NCBI RefSeq assembly: GCF_006345805.1
Contig: NC_043000.1
Location: 14,322,001 to 14,386,000, forward strand
From: Octopus sinensis
Taxonomy: Eukaryota
Length of the DNA stretch: 64,000 bases
Reading direction: 5' to 3'
This document shows, piece by piece, positions 51,789 through 64,000 of the stretch; the first letter of the stretch is position 1; each line of letters begins with the position of its first letter. The notes under the pieces are model-generated. The model had not been told where the DNA came from, searched no databases, and worked only from the letters and a program-made list of their open reading frames with translations. Both the position numbers and the translations under genes were made by a program.

Positions 51789-51818
51789 CTGTGTTTATCC
51801 CCCACCATCGCTTGACAC
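50821..51818. mobile_element. SINE A cluster: + head (50821-50985), - full copy (51125-51530), + copy (51586-51818)
   Basis: Family A modules in both orientations. Confidence 0.85.
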
Positions 51819-52158
51819 AGAAGAAGAAGAAGAAGAAGAAGAAGAAGAAGAAGAAGAAGAAGAAGAAGAAGAAGAAGAAGAAGAGAAGAAGAAGAAGAAG
51901 AAGAAGAAGAAGAAGAAGAAGAAGAAGAAGAAGAAGAAGACAATAATGTTAATCCTTTCTAATAAAGGCACAAAGCCTTGAAAGAAATCTGTAGGGTGGG
52001 GACAAGTCGAATACATCGACTTGAGCTCTCAACCGGTATTGATTATATCGATCGCGAAAGGATGAAAGCAAACTTTTGAACTAAACTCGTAAGGATCGGA
52101 AATACCGACATTTTGTCCGACGTTCTAACAATTCAGCCAGCTCGGCGCTTTACTACTA

Positions 52159-52191
<33 letters not shown>

Positions 52192-52192
52192 T

Positions 52193-52270
<78 letters not shown>

Positions 52271-52286
52271 CACCACCACCACCACC

Positions 52287-52455
52287 AATAATTGGGGCTG
52301 CAAAAAAGGTGGAGCACTTGCAGAAAACAGCACTGCTTGGAACCGCTCGATTACTCCAGATGATGTTCAAAAAATAAGGAGTGTTACCCTTAGTTCACTG
52401 GTAGTGAACAGCTGGCACCGTAGTACATCTCCAGCGATAGAAGCTGTGCAAAGAC
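52287..52455 (+). mobile_element. Extreme 3' end of a second R4/Dong-like LINE
   Basis: VEHLQKTALLGTARLLQMMFKK* (cf. LQK.ALLGTA.IL), a short UTR, then (AAT)n at 52456-52550. Confidence 0.65.
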
Positions 52456-52531
<76 letters not shown>

Positions 52532-52550
52532 TAATAAAAATAATAATAAT

Positions 52551-53790
52551 AATCGTTTGTTTATTGGCCACAAGGGCCGAATATAAAATAGGGACAATAC
52601 AAAATTAGGGAAACGTGGGGTTTAACAAAAAAATTCGAGCGAGCAATAAAATAACAATAACAACAATACAATTAAATAATACAAATTCCCCAAAAAGGGG
52701 TGAGTTCTTCACAGGGACAACCGAGGAAGCCCACACATCCTGGTTATCCCGACTGTTAAATGTACATCAACAGGCACCTCTCTTCTTCTCAACTCGTCCG
52801 GTTTACAAGCGGAAGTTCAGAGTAGCCCCAGTCACACAAACCATCTTCGCCACATTCACCCACCTTTCAACAAATTTATTGGGGCGAGGTGGGGGGAAGA
52901 ACTTCCCTCTCTACCCTCGCTTTCCCTTTCAAGTGGATCTTGAAAAAGACGATGACGGCTTGGCCGAAGAGGAAAGTATCTGTCTTCAGCCTTTTCAATT
53001 TCGTTCACCACACTACCTCCTTCTCCATACACAGACAGAAGAAAACTGCCTTTCATTCTCGACCAAAGGAAGGCAGTGGGGGTGATCTTCCCGATGGACT
53101 GATAACCGGATCCGTCCTACACGCAACATCAGTTGTTCGTCAAAGCTCTACAAGTCAGTTATGCACGGACTCTGGACGAATGCATGCCGGACAGTTTCGT
53201 CGCCCTGCGTACACCTTGGACTGGTCCGTCTGACAGCACTTCTGTGTCTGTGGAACTTGTCTCGAACCGACAGAGCTCTTCAATAGCACTGCCAGGCCAA
53301 GGATTTTTAGAAGTTATCTATAGGCTCCGGCCCGAAAGTCCTCCAGAAAAGACCAGTTAATTGATCCCTCACCGACGTCCAAAGTTTCCCCGGTGACATC
53401 GTCGCTCTTGCCCGTCACTAATCCCCTATAGAAATCCATAGTGGAACATCCACTGACCGCGTTGACTGACTAGTAGAAAGCTGTGAATGTTTGCCGACAC
53501 TCCAGGTGCCAAGCGCCCTTTCTTGGTCTACGCTTGATTCAGTACTGTAGCTTCGTTAACGAGACGAGCTGCGGAAAATCCTGTCTGACAAACGGCAACC
53601 ACACCCGCTCACCGTTAAGAAAATGCCTCAGCGCGCGTCTGTGCATCATTAGCCACGGCATGCCCAGTCCTCCACTCAGCGGCTGTCGACAGCAGATAGA
53701 CCATCTGATGAACGGAACACATCCCTTCCACACAAAGCGGAAGAGCAAGCGATCCAACTTGATTAGACACAAAGTGGGGCAAGGGACGAC
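52551..53790 (-). mobile_element. Second Tx1-like LINE family, 5'-truncated and decayed
   Basis: KLDRLLFRFVWKGCVPFIRWSICC.QPL.GGLGMPWLMM aligns with the copy at 23822-25256; ends GGCCAATAAACAAACG next to (ATT)n. Confidence 0.8.
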
Positions 53791-54072
53791 TGTCAAATGG
53801 GTTGAAATTTGGGGAGGGTTTTTAGTCGATTACACCAACATCTATAACAATAATAGCAATAATCATTTCTATTATAGGCACAAGGCCTGAAATTTTGGGG
53901 AGGGGCCTAGTCTTTTACATCGACCCCAGTGCTTAAATGATATTCAATACATCGACCCCGAAAGGATGAAAAGCAAAGTCAACCGCGGCAGAACTTGCAT
54001 TCAAAACGTGAAGACGGACGGAATGCTGCTAAGCATTTTGTCCGGCGAGCTAACGATTCTGCAAGATCGCCA

Positions 54073-54075
<3 letters not shown>

Positions 54076-54120
<45 letters not shown>

Positions 54121-54520
54121 TGATGATGATGATTATGATGATCATGATGAGAAGAAGAAGAAGAAGAAGAAGAAGAAGAAGAAGAAGAAGAAGAAGAAGA
54201 AGAAAAGAAGAAGAAGAAGAGAAGAAGAAGAAGAGAAGAAGAAGAAGGAGAAAGAGAAGGAGGAGGAGAAGAAGAAGAAGAAGAAGAAGAAGAAGAAGAA
54301 GAAAGAGGAGGAGGAGGAGAAGAAGAGAGAAGAAGAAGAAGAAGAAGAAGAAGAAAAAGAAAAAGAAAAAGAAGAAGAAGAAAAAGAAGAAGAAGAAGAA
54401 GAAGAAGAAGAAATAAGAAGAAAAAGAAGGAGAAGAAGAAGAAGAAGAAGAAGAAGAAGAAGAAGAAGAGAAGAAGAAGAAGAAGAAGGAGAAGAAGAAG
54501 AAGAAGAAGAAGAAGAAGAA
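54076..54520. repeat. AAT/GAT/GAA compound microsatellite
   Basis: Visible array, adjacent to SINE C at 53868-54072. Confidence 0.95.
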
Positions 54521-55243
54521 ACATATTTTGGCGCTGGTGGGAAAAGCTTTGACATTTTATGCACACGGGATTTGGTGAAACTGCAATGGCGTGTTGGAAT
54601 AGCAACGTCTGTGGGAACGTTTCGTTTTATGTCTTGCTATGGGATCTTACATGGAATTCAACTCTCAACCTTTGACTAAGACAACCACCACCACCACCAC
54701 CACCACCACCACCACCGCCGCCGCCGCCGCCACCATCACCACGCCATAAAACTACCACCCTGTTCGTAGCTGTTAAGGAGTGCTCATTTAGCTTAATCTG
54801 CACACATTTCTGTAGTAAATATATGTTGTTACGTCCCAGCAACCGCTGCTGATACGCGACCGTAAATATTATATTCACGTTTCTACAGTAAGCATATATG
54901 TATATACTTTCCAGATGCCATCTCCATTATGTAAGCGCGCGCGTACACACGCACGCGCGCAGACATACGTGTGTATGTGTGTGTGTGTGTCTGTGTGTGG
55001 TGTAGGTTCTTATAGGGTAAAAAAATCGGCGTATTTACCAGCTGTTGGGTGGCCATTGACTCTACTGAGTTCATCCGCCCTTTGACAAGTTTTATTTTAC
55101 ACCCTGCAGGGTGTTCAACGAAAATCCACTTTCCGTACCAACTAGGCCTGGTAGGGTTACCGGTTTAGTCGCCGACGGCTCGACTATGCAGCAAGTTGTA
55201 CTGGGTTGCATGTTAACATTAACATTATGAGTGACCTGACGTA

Positions 55244-56320
55244 CAAGGTGCATTCCAGAAGTTATAAGACTTTTCAAAAGAGACATTTATTAATGTCAAG
55301 GAAGTACTAAAGTGTAATCTCTTCCCAAGTAGGATCCTCTGACTTCGATGTACTTGTAGCGCTCAAACCACTTCGGGAAGGCCCTATACAAGTTTTATAA
55401 AATAAGGATGTCTAGGACCCTTGTCACTGCATCCTTTAGCTTTTCAATGTCTTCAAATCCCCAAAGTTCTCCTTCAGCTTGAGGAACAACCAAAAATCAC
55501 ACGGTGCAAAGTCTGGACTGTAGTGGGGTCGGGGGTGAAGGTCAGTTTGGATGTCCATCTCTATCAAGTAGTTGGTTACCAGGATAATATTGTGGATAGG
55601 TGCATTGTCCAAGTGCAGGTGCCATCGACCCGAGTGGAAGATCTCTGGCCTTTTGTGATAAAATATCTTCCTGAGCTCTCTCAAAACCCCAACAAAGTAC
55701 TTTCTGCTGACCATCTGGCCAGAAGCAATCCATTGGTTGTAGATATACCTTTGGTGTCGAAAAAGAGGATCATGATGATTTGCCTGGTGGATTTGCTTTT
55801 TGGGGCCTGGGGAGACAAAATGCTTTCACTGAGCACACCGTCTCTTGGACTCTGGATCATAACAATAGATCCAGCTTTCGCCACAGGTCATTAGAGACAC
55901 AAGTACTTTTGGACTGAAAGTAATGAGCTCCACCATTTTTCTGCTGGCACCAATGATCTTACTTCTGTTCGTCACTAAGCACTCTGGGAACAAACTTTGA
56001 ACAAATTTTACGCATGTTCAGATCTTCAGGAATAATTTTGTGTACAGTTGCCACACCAACTCCAAACTATGCTTATTATTTTTAAAGATGTGCAGCGGTC
56101 TTCATCCAGAGAATCGTGAATTTTCTTAACCAGCTCTGATCTCCTGACACTCCTCTCCCTCTCACATCTCTCACCGTCTCTCAACCCCTCTCTACCGTCC
56201 TTAAACCTCTTATGCCAGCGAAAAACAGATGCTTGACTCATACAACTTAATCCATCAGCAGCCTGGAATATTTCATAAGCAATCGGAGCCTCGTGAGCTG
56301 AGATATTTTGCTCAAAAACT
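55244..56320 (-). pseudogene. Decayed mariner transposase
   Basis: SVFRWHKRFKDGRE (HTH), MILFFDTKG, HLHLDNAPIH and YSPDFAPCDFWLF in shifted frames; TA|CAAGGTGCATTCC end at 55244. Confidence 0.85.
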
Positions 56321-56513
56321 CAAAAACTCAGTGCCCCTCCTGGTTCAGGAATTCAGCCAAGATTTCGCGATCATGGGTGTAACACCCTAACCACTAGGTC
56401 ATTAGCTCTGGACATACATAGATACATATTTATGATACATGCATGCATGATACATAGGTACATGCATGTATGTATGTATGTATGTATGTATGTATGTATG
56501 TATGTATGTATGT

Positions 56514-58122
56514 AGTTAGTTAGGCAGTTAATTTGGCTCAAAAGCAAATAGCAAGGCCATGTAGGGGGACATGGAGTTAAGTACAGGGTGGTGTTCATGT
56601 AAAGAGTTCAGGCCACTTGAGGTCCAGGGAGGCTTTGAACAAAGCGGTCGTCGGCATCTTCACCATCTCGTCAGGCAGCTTGTTCCACGGATCCGCAACC
56701 CGGACGGAGAGAAAGCTCCTCTCCTTCGATTGAGATGAAATCGTCGCAGGTAGAGCTTTTCGGAATGACCCCGCAGCCGACGCTCTGGACAGGAGTGAAG
56801 AACAGCTCTTTCGAGAGGTTACACTTTCCGCTTATGATGTTGTGGGCGAGAATGAGATCACCACGGCGGCGGCGTTTTTCAAGAGAATAAAGGTCGAGCG
56901 TCCTCAGCCTTTCTTCGTAGGACAAATTTTTGAGACCATGAACCATGCGGGTAGCCAGCTTCTGGACTCTTTCGAGATGCTGTATGTCTTTGAGGAGATA
57001 AAGAGAAGAGGCTTGAATCCCATACTCCAATATGGGTCTCACCAGCGTGACATAGAGTGGTAGGAATATGGCTGCTGTGAGCATTCCGAATGACCGTCGA
57101 ATCAAGAACAGAATTCCGCGTGCTTTGTTGGCAGCATGGACGCACTGGGCCGAATGCGAAAAGGAGGAATCCACCAAGATACCCAGGTCCTTTACCTGAT
57201 CGGTCCTCTCCAGCAGCAGACGACCCGGCTCGAAATCAAGTTGAGTTGCAGGAGTAGAGCCGACAGGCAGATGACAGCACTTGACACGTTCAGACACAGG
57301 TCCCCATCGTTAGACCACTTCCAAATTTGGTGGAGGCATCGACGAAGATCCTCTATATTACCGCGAGGAGCGACCAGTTTGATATCGTCGGCAAATAGAA
57401 GGGTGTGTTGCGTGAGGTCGTCGGGCAAGTCATTTATGAAGACTAAGAACAACAAGGGCCCAAGCACTGAACCTTGAGGCACGCCACTGCTCGCACTGGA
57501 GACGTCGGACCGCGAACCATTAACTTGGACTTGGAAGGAGCGATCTGAGAGGAAGGCACCAACCCATCGTATAATATCCGGATGGAAACTATATGCTTGA
57601 AGCTTGACAAGTAATAGGCGGTGGTTTACCGAGTCAAAAGCTTTGGCAAAGTCCAATAAAACGATGTCAACAGCATTACTATCATCGAGGATGCGCGTCA
57701 CCAATTCTTCCATTACTAGTAAGTTGGTCAAGCATGATCTCTTCGGCACGAAGCCGTGTTGGGAATCAGAGATAGAGGCTGTGTTTAGGAGGTGGAGCAT
57801 CATACTTTTCTTAAGGATGGTTTCGAACATCTTGCTGATTATTGATGTAAGGGAAACCGGTCGGTAGTTAAGCGGGTCTTCGCGGCTCCCTTTCTTGAAA
57901 ATTGGGCAGATTATCGCTGTTCTCCAGTCTGCAGGTATAACACCCGTCGCCAATGACATATTGAATAGTCGTGTTAAGGGCTCGCAGATGACCGGAGCCA
58001 ACGCTTTGATAACCCGTGGGTGTATGCCGTCAGGGCTGTGACCCTTGTTGACATCGAGGCCTTGAATAACACGTTTGACTTCGTCCCGCGTGATGACCAA
58101 TCGAAGCATTGGCGGTACCGAT
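56514..58122 (-). mobile_element. 5'-truncated CR1-clade LINE with a nearly intact RT domain
   Basis: NYRPVSLTS, QHGF..KRSCLTNL, LDFAKAFDSV, GVPQGSVLGPLLF, FADD, KDLG, RPILEY, ERVQKLATR, RGDLI; frameshift at ~57290; tail (ACTA)(CATA)n. Confidence 0.95.
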
Positions 58123-58857
58123 CTATGTATTATGTATGTATGTATGTATTTGGCGGTGTTTTAGTGATTAAAAAAACATCAGCTAAAATACACTTGTCTG
58201 CTTCATTTTTACACAAACACACCATATTTAATTGCTATGTATATTTAATTGCTATATATATTTTCATTTAAAGGCAATATACACTTGTGCAGTGTTCAGC
58301 TAGATATAGCAATTACATAAACTTATCTGTTTAATTAGAGAAATGTGTACGTGTCTGGTCTGATGACTGGAAATTGGTATACGTGCTGGTTGTCGTTTGT
58401 TCTATGTACTTTTATTATTTATAGTCTCTCCAGGTCAGACGTAATCCAACGATCAAAGACATTCCAACCGTGACATTCCAGCTTTTGTCTTTATCATTTT
58501 CTTTTTTGTCCATCCAGTGCGTGTAGGACTGCGTTATCCAGTGTGCATTGATTTGAGGGGAAATTTTCTTTCTCTTCTAAGTGACCGTGGTACTACGAAG
58601 AAGGTGGCTTTGTTAGCTAGATTCCATGGAACGAAGAAGGAGGAAGAGAAGAGGGAGGAGAATGTGGAGTGGGAGGAAGAGAGCAAGATAGATAGAGATA
58701 CACACATATATATACATACATATATATATATATATATACATATATATATTGAGAACATTCCTTTCTTAGTGGTAAGACCATAGCGGATCTACTTCTAGCA
58801 TAATGGATGTCCAAGTAATGGTCATCCCTCTTATATGTATATATATATATACGTATA

Positions 58858-58917
<60 letters not shown>

Positions 58918-58921
<4 letters not shown>

Positions 58922-59190
58922 GTAAGTAGCTTGTGAGTGGATTTGATAGACGGAAACTGAAAGAAACCCGTCGTATATATGTATATATATATATGTTTGT
59001 ATGTCTGTTTGTCCCTCCAACATCGCTTGACAACCAATGCTGGTGTGTTTACGTCCCCATAACTTAACGGATCGACAAAAGAGACCGATAGAATAAGTAC
59101 TGGGCTTAGAAAGAATAAGTCCTGGGGTCGATTTGTTTCGACTAAAGGCGGTGCTCCAGCATGGCCGTAGTCAAATGACTGAAACAAGAA
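58918..59190 (+). mobile_element. SINE A with an internal deletion
   Basis: GGTAAGTAGCTTG is joined directly to TGAGTGGATTTG (CTTG microhomology). Confidence 0.8.
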
Positions 59191-59566
59191 AATATATATA
59201 TACATACATACACACACATACAAACGAAGGAGGGAGAGAAAGAGAGAAAGAGAGGAGAGAGTGAGACAGTGATGATGGAAGAGAGAGAATGTAAGTACTG
59301 ACTACCTCGTCCAGAGATCGGAGATTCGTTCGTATACTATTGCTAGCACTCCATTAATTGAACGACCAACACTTAACTCTCTACCGCCGAGCCTGACGGG
59401 TATAAGCGCAGCCAGCAGTAGTATTTATGAAATGGGGGTTGTTTCATTATACAGTTGTGTTGAATTCGAGTTTTGCCACTGATTATGAGAGGATAAGACC
59501 TCACTTTGGTATATTTCCTGTATTGAATCTCTGCATGAAGGTTAGGTCTGCAGAGGGTGAGCACAC

Positions 59567-59798
59567 CTATTTCTTTATTACCCACAAGGGGCTAAACACA
59601 GAGGGGACAAACAAGGACAGACATAGGTATTAAGTCGATTACATCGACCCCAGTGCGTAACTGGTACTTAATTTATCGACCCCGAAAGGATGAAAGGCAA
59701 AGTCGACCTCGGCGGAATTCGAACTCACAACGTAACGCAGACGAAATACCGCTAAGCATTTCGCCCGGCGTGCTAACGTTTCTGCCAGCTCGCCGCCT
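59567..59798 (-). mobile_element. SINE C, full length (another copy, +, at 60145-60320)
   Basis: Intact head GGCGGCGAGCTGGCAGAAACGTTAGC and B box GAGTTCGAATTCC. Confidence 0.9.
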
Positions 59799-60522
59799 TG
59801 GATTAACCATTAAGCAAGATAGGCATGTGCTTAGGGCGACAAGGGAAGGAGGCTCCATAGAAATAGTAAATAGTTTACGCAACAAAAGAAATCACTTTAA
59901 ACTTGTTAAAATAATATTCGAAGTGGTTTATATGATCAGGAATAAAATTTCGAAGTGTTCATGATGTCATAGTGAGAATCTGATCAAAGACTTTGCAATT
60001 ATTAAAAAAAAAAAAAAAAAAAAGTAGGAGAAAACTTTTCAAATACAAATAAAGTGGAAGTATACAAAAATAAATATTATTTTCCATCTTACTGTTAGTT
60101 TTGCCTCATAATTTATTTTATGGTTTATTATTGCTTATATTAAAGCAGCGAGCTGGAAGAATCGTTATGCTTAGTGGTATTTCGCCCGTCGCTATGCTCT
60201 GAGTTCAAATTCTGCTGAGGTCGACTTTAACTTTCTTCTTTTCGGGGTCGATTAAATAAGTACCAGTTACGCACTGGGATCGATGTAGTCGGCTTAATCT
60301 CCTCCCCAAGATGCCCTTGTTACAAAACATTTTAATCATTATTGCTTATATTTTGAATTACATATAGGGGGGGCATCAAAATCTTTTATGTACTTAGGGC
60401 TTCTCTGAGGCTTAACCCGGCTCTGGGTGAGTAGCTGCGTGGAGTCTACGGCGCAATCACTCATACTTCCTCTCTTCTCTCTCTCTCTCTTCACCTCTCT
60501 CTCTCTCTCTCTCTTTCTCTTC

Positions 60523-60553
<31 letters not shown>

Positions 60554-61002
60554 ATTGCTCTAGATGACAAATGAAGCACAGAGGTCAATGAGTGGAGGCT
60601 CAAATGTCGGTTCTAGTCTACTGATGATGTCTGTTTATGGATGGTAACGTTTTGATATAGCAATCATATATACAAAAGTTGTATTGATTAAAACTGACTG
60701 CAAATCTTCAAAAGATCAAATTTCACAACAATCACAATCATTGTTCTCTGTCCTAGGACGAAATATTAAAATCCCATCTTCAAATTTCAACCTCCTTTTA
60801 CCATATCCGAATAACAAGATACACAATACTTCCATTTTAGTCTATCATAGCAATGAACCTCGAGTTAAACACTGACCATGCAACACACCAATCTAAACAA
60901 TACAATATCCACCTATGTATCATACTTAACGTATAGACATTGTCGGTAGGCCAGTTACTGCAGCATTAGTCCTGATATAATATCTCTTATATACTTGCTT
61001 TG

Positions 61003-61200
61003 TTTGGATTGGATTGGATTGCCCATGTTCAGTCCACTGGAGGACGAAGGCTTCAGCATGTTCTCTCCATCCAGCCACGGTCCGATGTTGTGGCCGTGGA
61101 TTTGAGGTTGAGATCAAACTGGTTTGATCATCCTACTCCGCCACATTGGCTAGACGTGACTTGGCAGAGGGGTGAAGTCTTTATATTCATTTCCAGGAAT
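61003..61200 (-). mobile_element. RTE-like LINE 3' remnant
   Basis: ..GWREHAEAFVLQWTEHG (cf. WR...EA.V.QW) followed by a (CCAAT)n tail. Confidence 0.5.
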
Positions 61201-61311
61201 GGTAAGCTGATTACATCAACCCCTGTTCAACCAGAAAATATTTTATTGACCCCAATAAGATATAAACCCGCCCCCCCCCCTCTCTCTCTCTCTATTTATT
61301 ATATATATATA

Positions 61312-61540
61312 TGTGAGACAACAATGCCCAGGCTGTGTGGAATTTTCAGGACATTTACAAACAGAAAGTTAGTCTTACAGCTGTTTCTGGGATATTAAGG
61401 ATATCCCTTTATCAAAGACGATGTGAGCTGGCTGAATAAAGGGAAACAACAGAGTTCAATATAAAAAGTTATTTGGGGAAAGGATAGAAATAAGAAGTAT
61501 AAAGGGAAATAAGAGAATAAATGTATAATTGCAGTTCCAT
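61312..61540 (-). mobile_element. Penelope-like fragment with a degenerate HHR (61372-61419)
   Basis: Minus strand GTCT-TTGATAA-A-GGGATAT cctta ATATCCC-A-GAAAC-AGCT-GTA-AGAC; same family as 42239-42290. Confidence 0.6.
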
Positions 61541-61592
<52 letters not shown>

Positions 61593-61694
61593 GATAGATA
61601 GAGAGGATGAGAGAGACACGCATTTTGCAATCATGTATCTGTTTGCCCGTATTCAAGTGTATGTATCTGTACATATATGTGCATGTGTGGTGGT

Positions 61695-62080
61695 GTGGAG
61701 GCGCAATGTCCCAGTGGTTAGGGCAGCGGACTCGCGGTCATAGGATCGCGGTTTCGATTCCCAGACCGGGCGTTGTGAGTGTTTATTGAGCGAAAACACC
61801 TAAAAGCTCCACGAGGCTCCGGCAGAGGATGGTGGTGATCCCTGCTGTACTCTTTCACCACAACTTTCTCTCACTCTTACTTCCTGTTTCTGTTGTACCT
61901 GTATTTCAAAGGGCCGGCCTTGTCACTCTCTGTGTCACGCTGAATATCCCTGAGAACTACGTTAAGGATACACGTGTCTGTGGAGTGCTCAGCCACTTAC
62001 ACGTTAATTTCACGAGCAGGATGTTCCGTTGATTCGGATCAACCGGAACCCTCATCGTCGTAACCGACAGAGTGCTTCCA
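61695..62080 (+). mobile_element. SINE B flanked by ~155-bp direct repeats
   Basis: Direct repeats at 61541-61694 and 62081-62236. Confidence 0.9.
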
Positions 62081-62084
62081 TATT

Positions 62085-62130
<46 letters not shown>

Positions 62131-63194
62131 GATAGAGAGAGAGAGAGGATGAGAGAGACACGCATTTTGCAATCATGTATCTGTTTGCCTGTATTCAAGT
62201 GTATGTATCTGTACATATATGTGCATGTGTGGTGGTGGTGGTAGGGATACATGCACGTGTGTCTGTGTAAAAGGAGGCGTTGCTATTGTTGTCGTTGTTG
62301 ATTTTATTAACCTTTCCGTTTATATTACGCAATAAGACAAAATCGTTTTGAAGTGAACTCAAATTTGTTCAGGAAAATTTAGGTAGATTATTTTTGACGA
62401 GTGTCGAATAACAAACATGTGTTTGGTGTGAGGAAGAAAGCAATTGGCGTTACAGAAGGATGATATCTTGTTTGCTTTGTGGTACAAAATCCTGTTGTAA
62501 CGATAGAATCACTGTTTCATTGGTCGATTTCAGCTGACGTATGTCGGCGACTTTTAATATCACCACAGATGAGAGATAATTTTTAAAAACTATTCGTCTA
62601 ACCTGGCTGCTATTGCCGATCTTGTGATGAATTAATGGCGATGTTGAAAGCTAATGGAAGCTTGTCAAGTTATCGCCATTGTTTCGCATCGCATTCGATT
62701 ATTAGTATCGCTTTAGTCTTTATTGTTTTTGTGTAAAGATTACATCAAACAGATTAGTAGACATTATCGTAAAAATTAAAGAGCCTATCAGATAATATTT
62801 TCCGTATCTTTTGTTTGTGAAGTCAGAGAGCAAAAATCGGTCGATAACGCTAAAATTTATCGTAGGAAATTAAACCCACGACATTATTAAATAATGTTTA
62901 CTATATGCAATAAAGCTTTTACTTCTGTCTATCATTTCTGCTTATTTTTCTAAATCTAAAACTTGTTTGCGCACTTCTAATGTCTGAGAAATTTGCGCAA
63001 CTGAGCAAGTTTACAGCAGTGGATGCGAAACTAAACTAAAAACAAAAAACAAACAAAAAATATATAAACAAAATTACATTAGAGAAGAGATCAGAAACAT
63101 TGATGTAAGCAGATTTATGTATTTTTTTAAATAAATGTTTCTTTAATGATTGCTGCTTGGTGAACACAACTTAATATTCATCTAAGAACATACA

Positions 63195-63308
<114 letters not shown>

Positions 63309-64000
63309 CATGGGGATTGCTCCATCTTCACAGATGATTACTGTCTTCCCTCGCTATCAATGATATTTCTAACATTCCGTCCATGACCTCTCAGATGACT
63401 ATTCAGTTCTGCTGCAGAACTGCAGAACTTGAAGCATAGGCGAGAGATGATAGTTGTAATTTACTGTGCACCTCCAACTGGTTAGGTCTGTAGACGTTGT
63501 CACTCTTCCATTGCCAGGACTTTCAGTAGATGGAATGACGAATGAGGTCACCATAAAGAGAGACATCTGTACTTAATTGCTGTATAGTGATAGACGCTTG
63601 TACAATACGAACAACACTCTCCGAGTCTCCGTAGTTAGTACTTAGTGACAGGCCGAAGTGAGATGACCAATAAATCACGTGAAACCGCAGATTTTACATC
63701 AGAATGTTTCTCTCCGAGAAGGATGTTCTGACAACAGTGAGGGGTCCCTCATTCCTGGTGATGTTACTGCGCAACTTGGCACCAACCAAGGTTAATTCTG
63801 CGGCTCCTCGTTCAGGTGGACTGTGATCACATACGCTAGTTAACCTGACTGGTGCTACTACTACGAGCCAAAATAAACCTGGTAACAATTGCATCTAAGA
63901 GATGGTCCCACATTCCTAAAAAAAAACTGGACTTTCTGAATCACAGCCCCACTATTGGATGCAGTTTAAGGTCATATCTAGGACTGTATATACTCTCCCC

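Noticed and set aside
59740-59798. SINE heads as tRNA genes
   Set aside because: A and B boxes are present, but there is no complete cloverleaf and the heads run directly into SINE bodies.

Overview
This is eukaryotic, AT-rich, repeat-dominated DNA. It is most likely cephalopod (Octopus-like); that assignment comes from my recall of the SINE families and microsatellite make-up, not from a database search. No host protein-coding gene, rRNA, tRNA gene or CRISPR array could be supported. Nearly all long ORFs in the track are microsatellite artefacts or antisense frames of repeats. The window contains: about 40 copies or fragments of five tRNA-headed SINE families (labelled A-E here) that share modules; LINE remnants of the Tx1, CR1, RTE and R4/Dong clades; decayed mariner and hAT transposases; hAT and piggyBac MITEs; non-autonomous Helitrons; a SINE-derived 190-bp minisatellite; and many microsatellites. 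Two signals stand out. (1) About ten hammerhead-ribozyme (HHR) motifs from at least four repeat families: a 153-bp palindrome encoding the same HHR on both strands, an inverted pair with compensatory stem changes, and four mini-elements with a consistent CUGUNGA core variant. (2) Retroelements partition among microsatellites: Tx1-like elements at (TCTA)n, R4/Dong-like at (AAT)n, CR1 at (CATA)n. All folds and alignments were done by eye. Repeat boundaries are approximate unless a TSD or TIR defines them.
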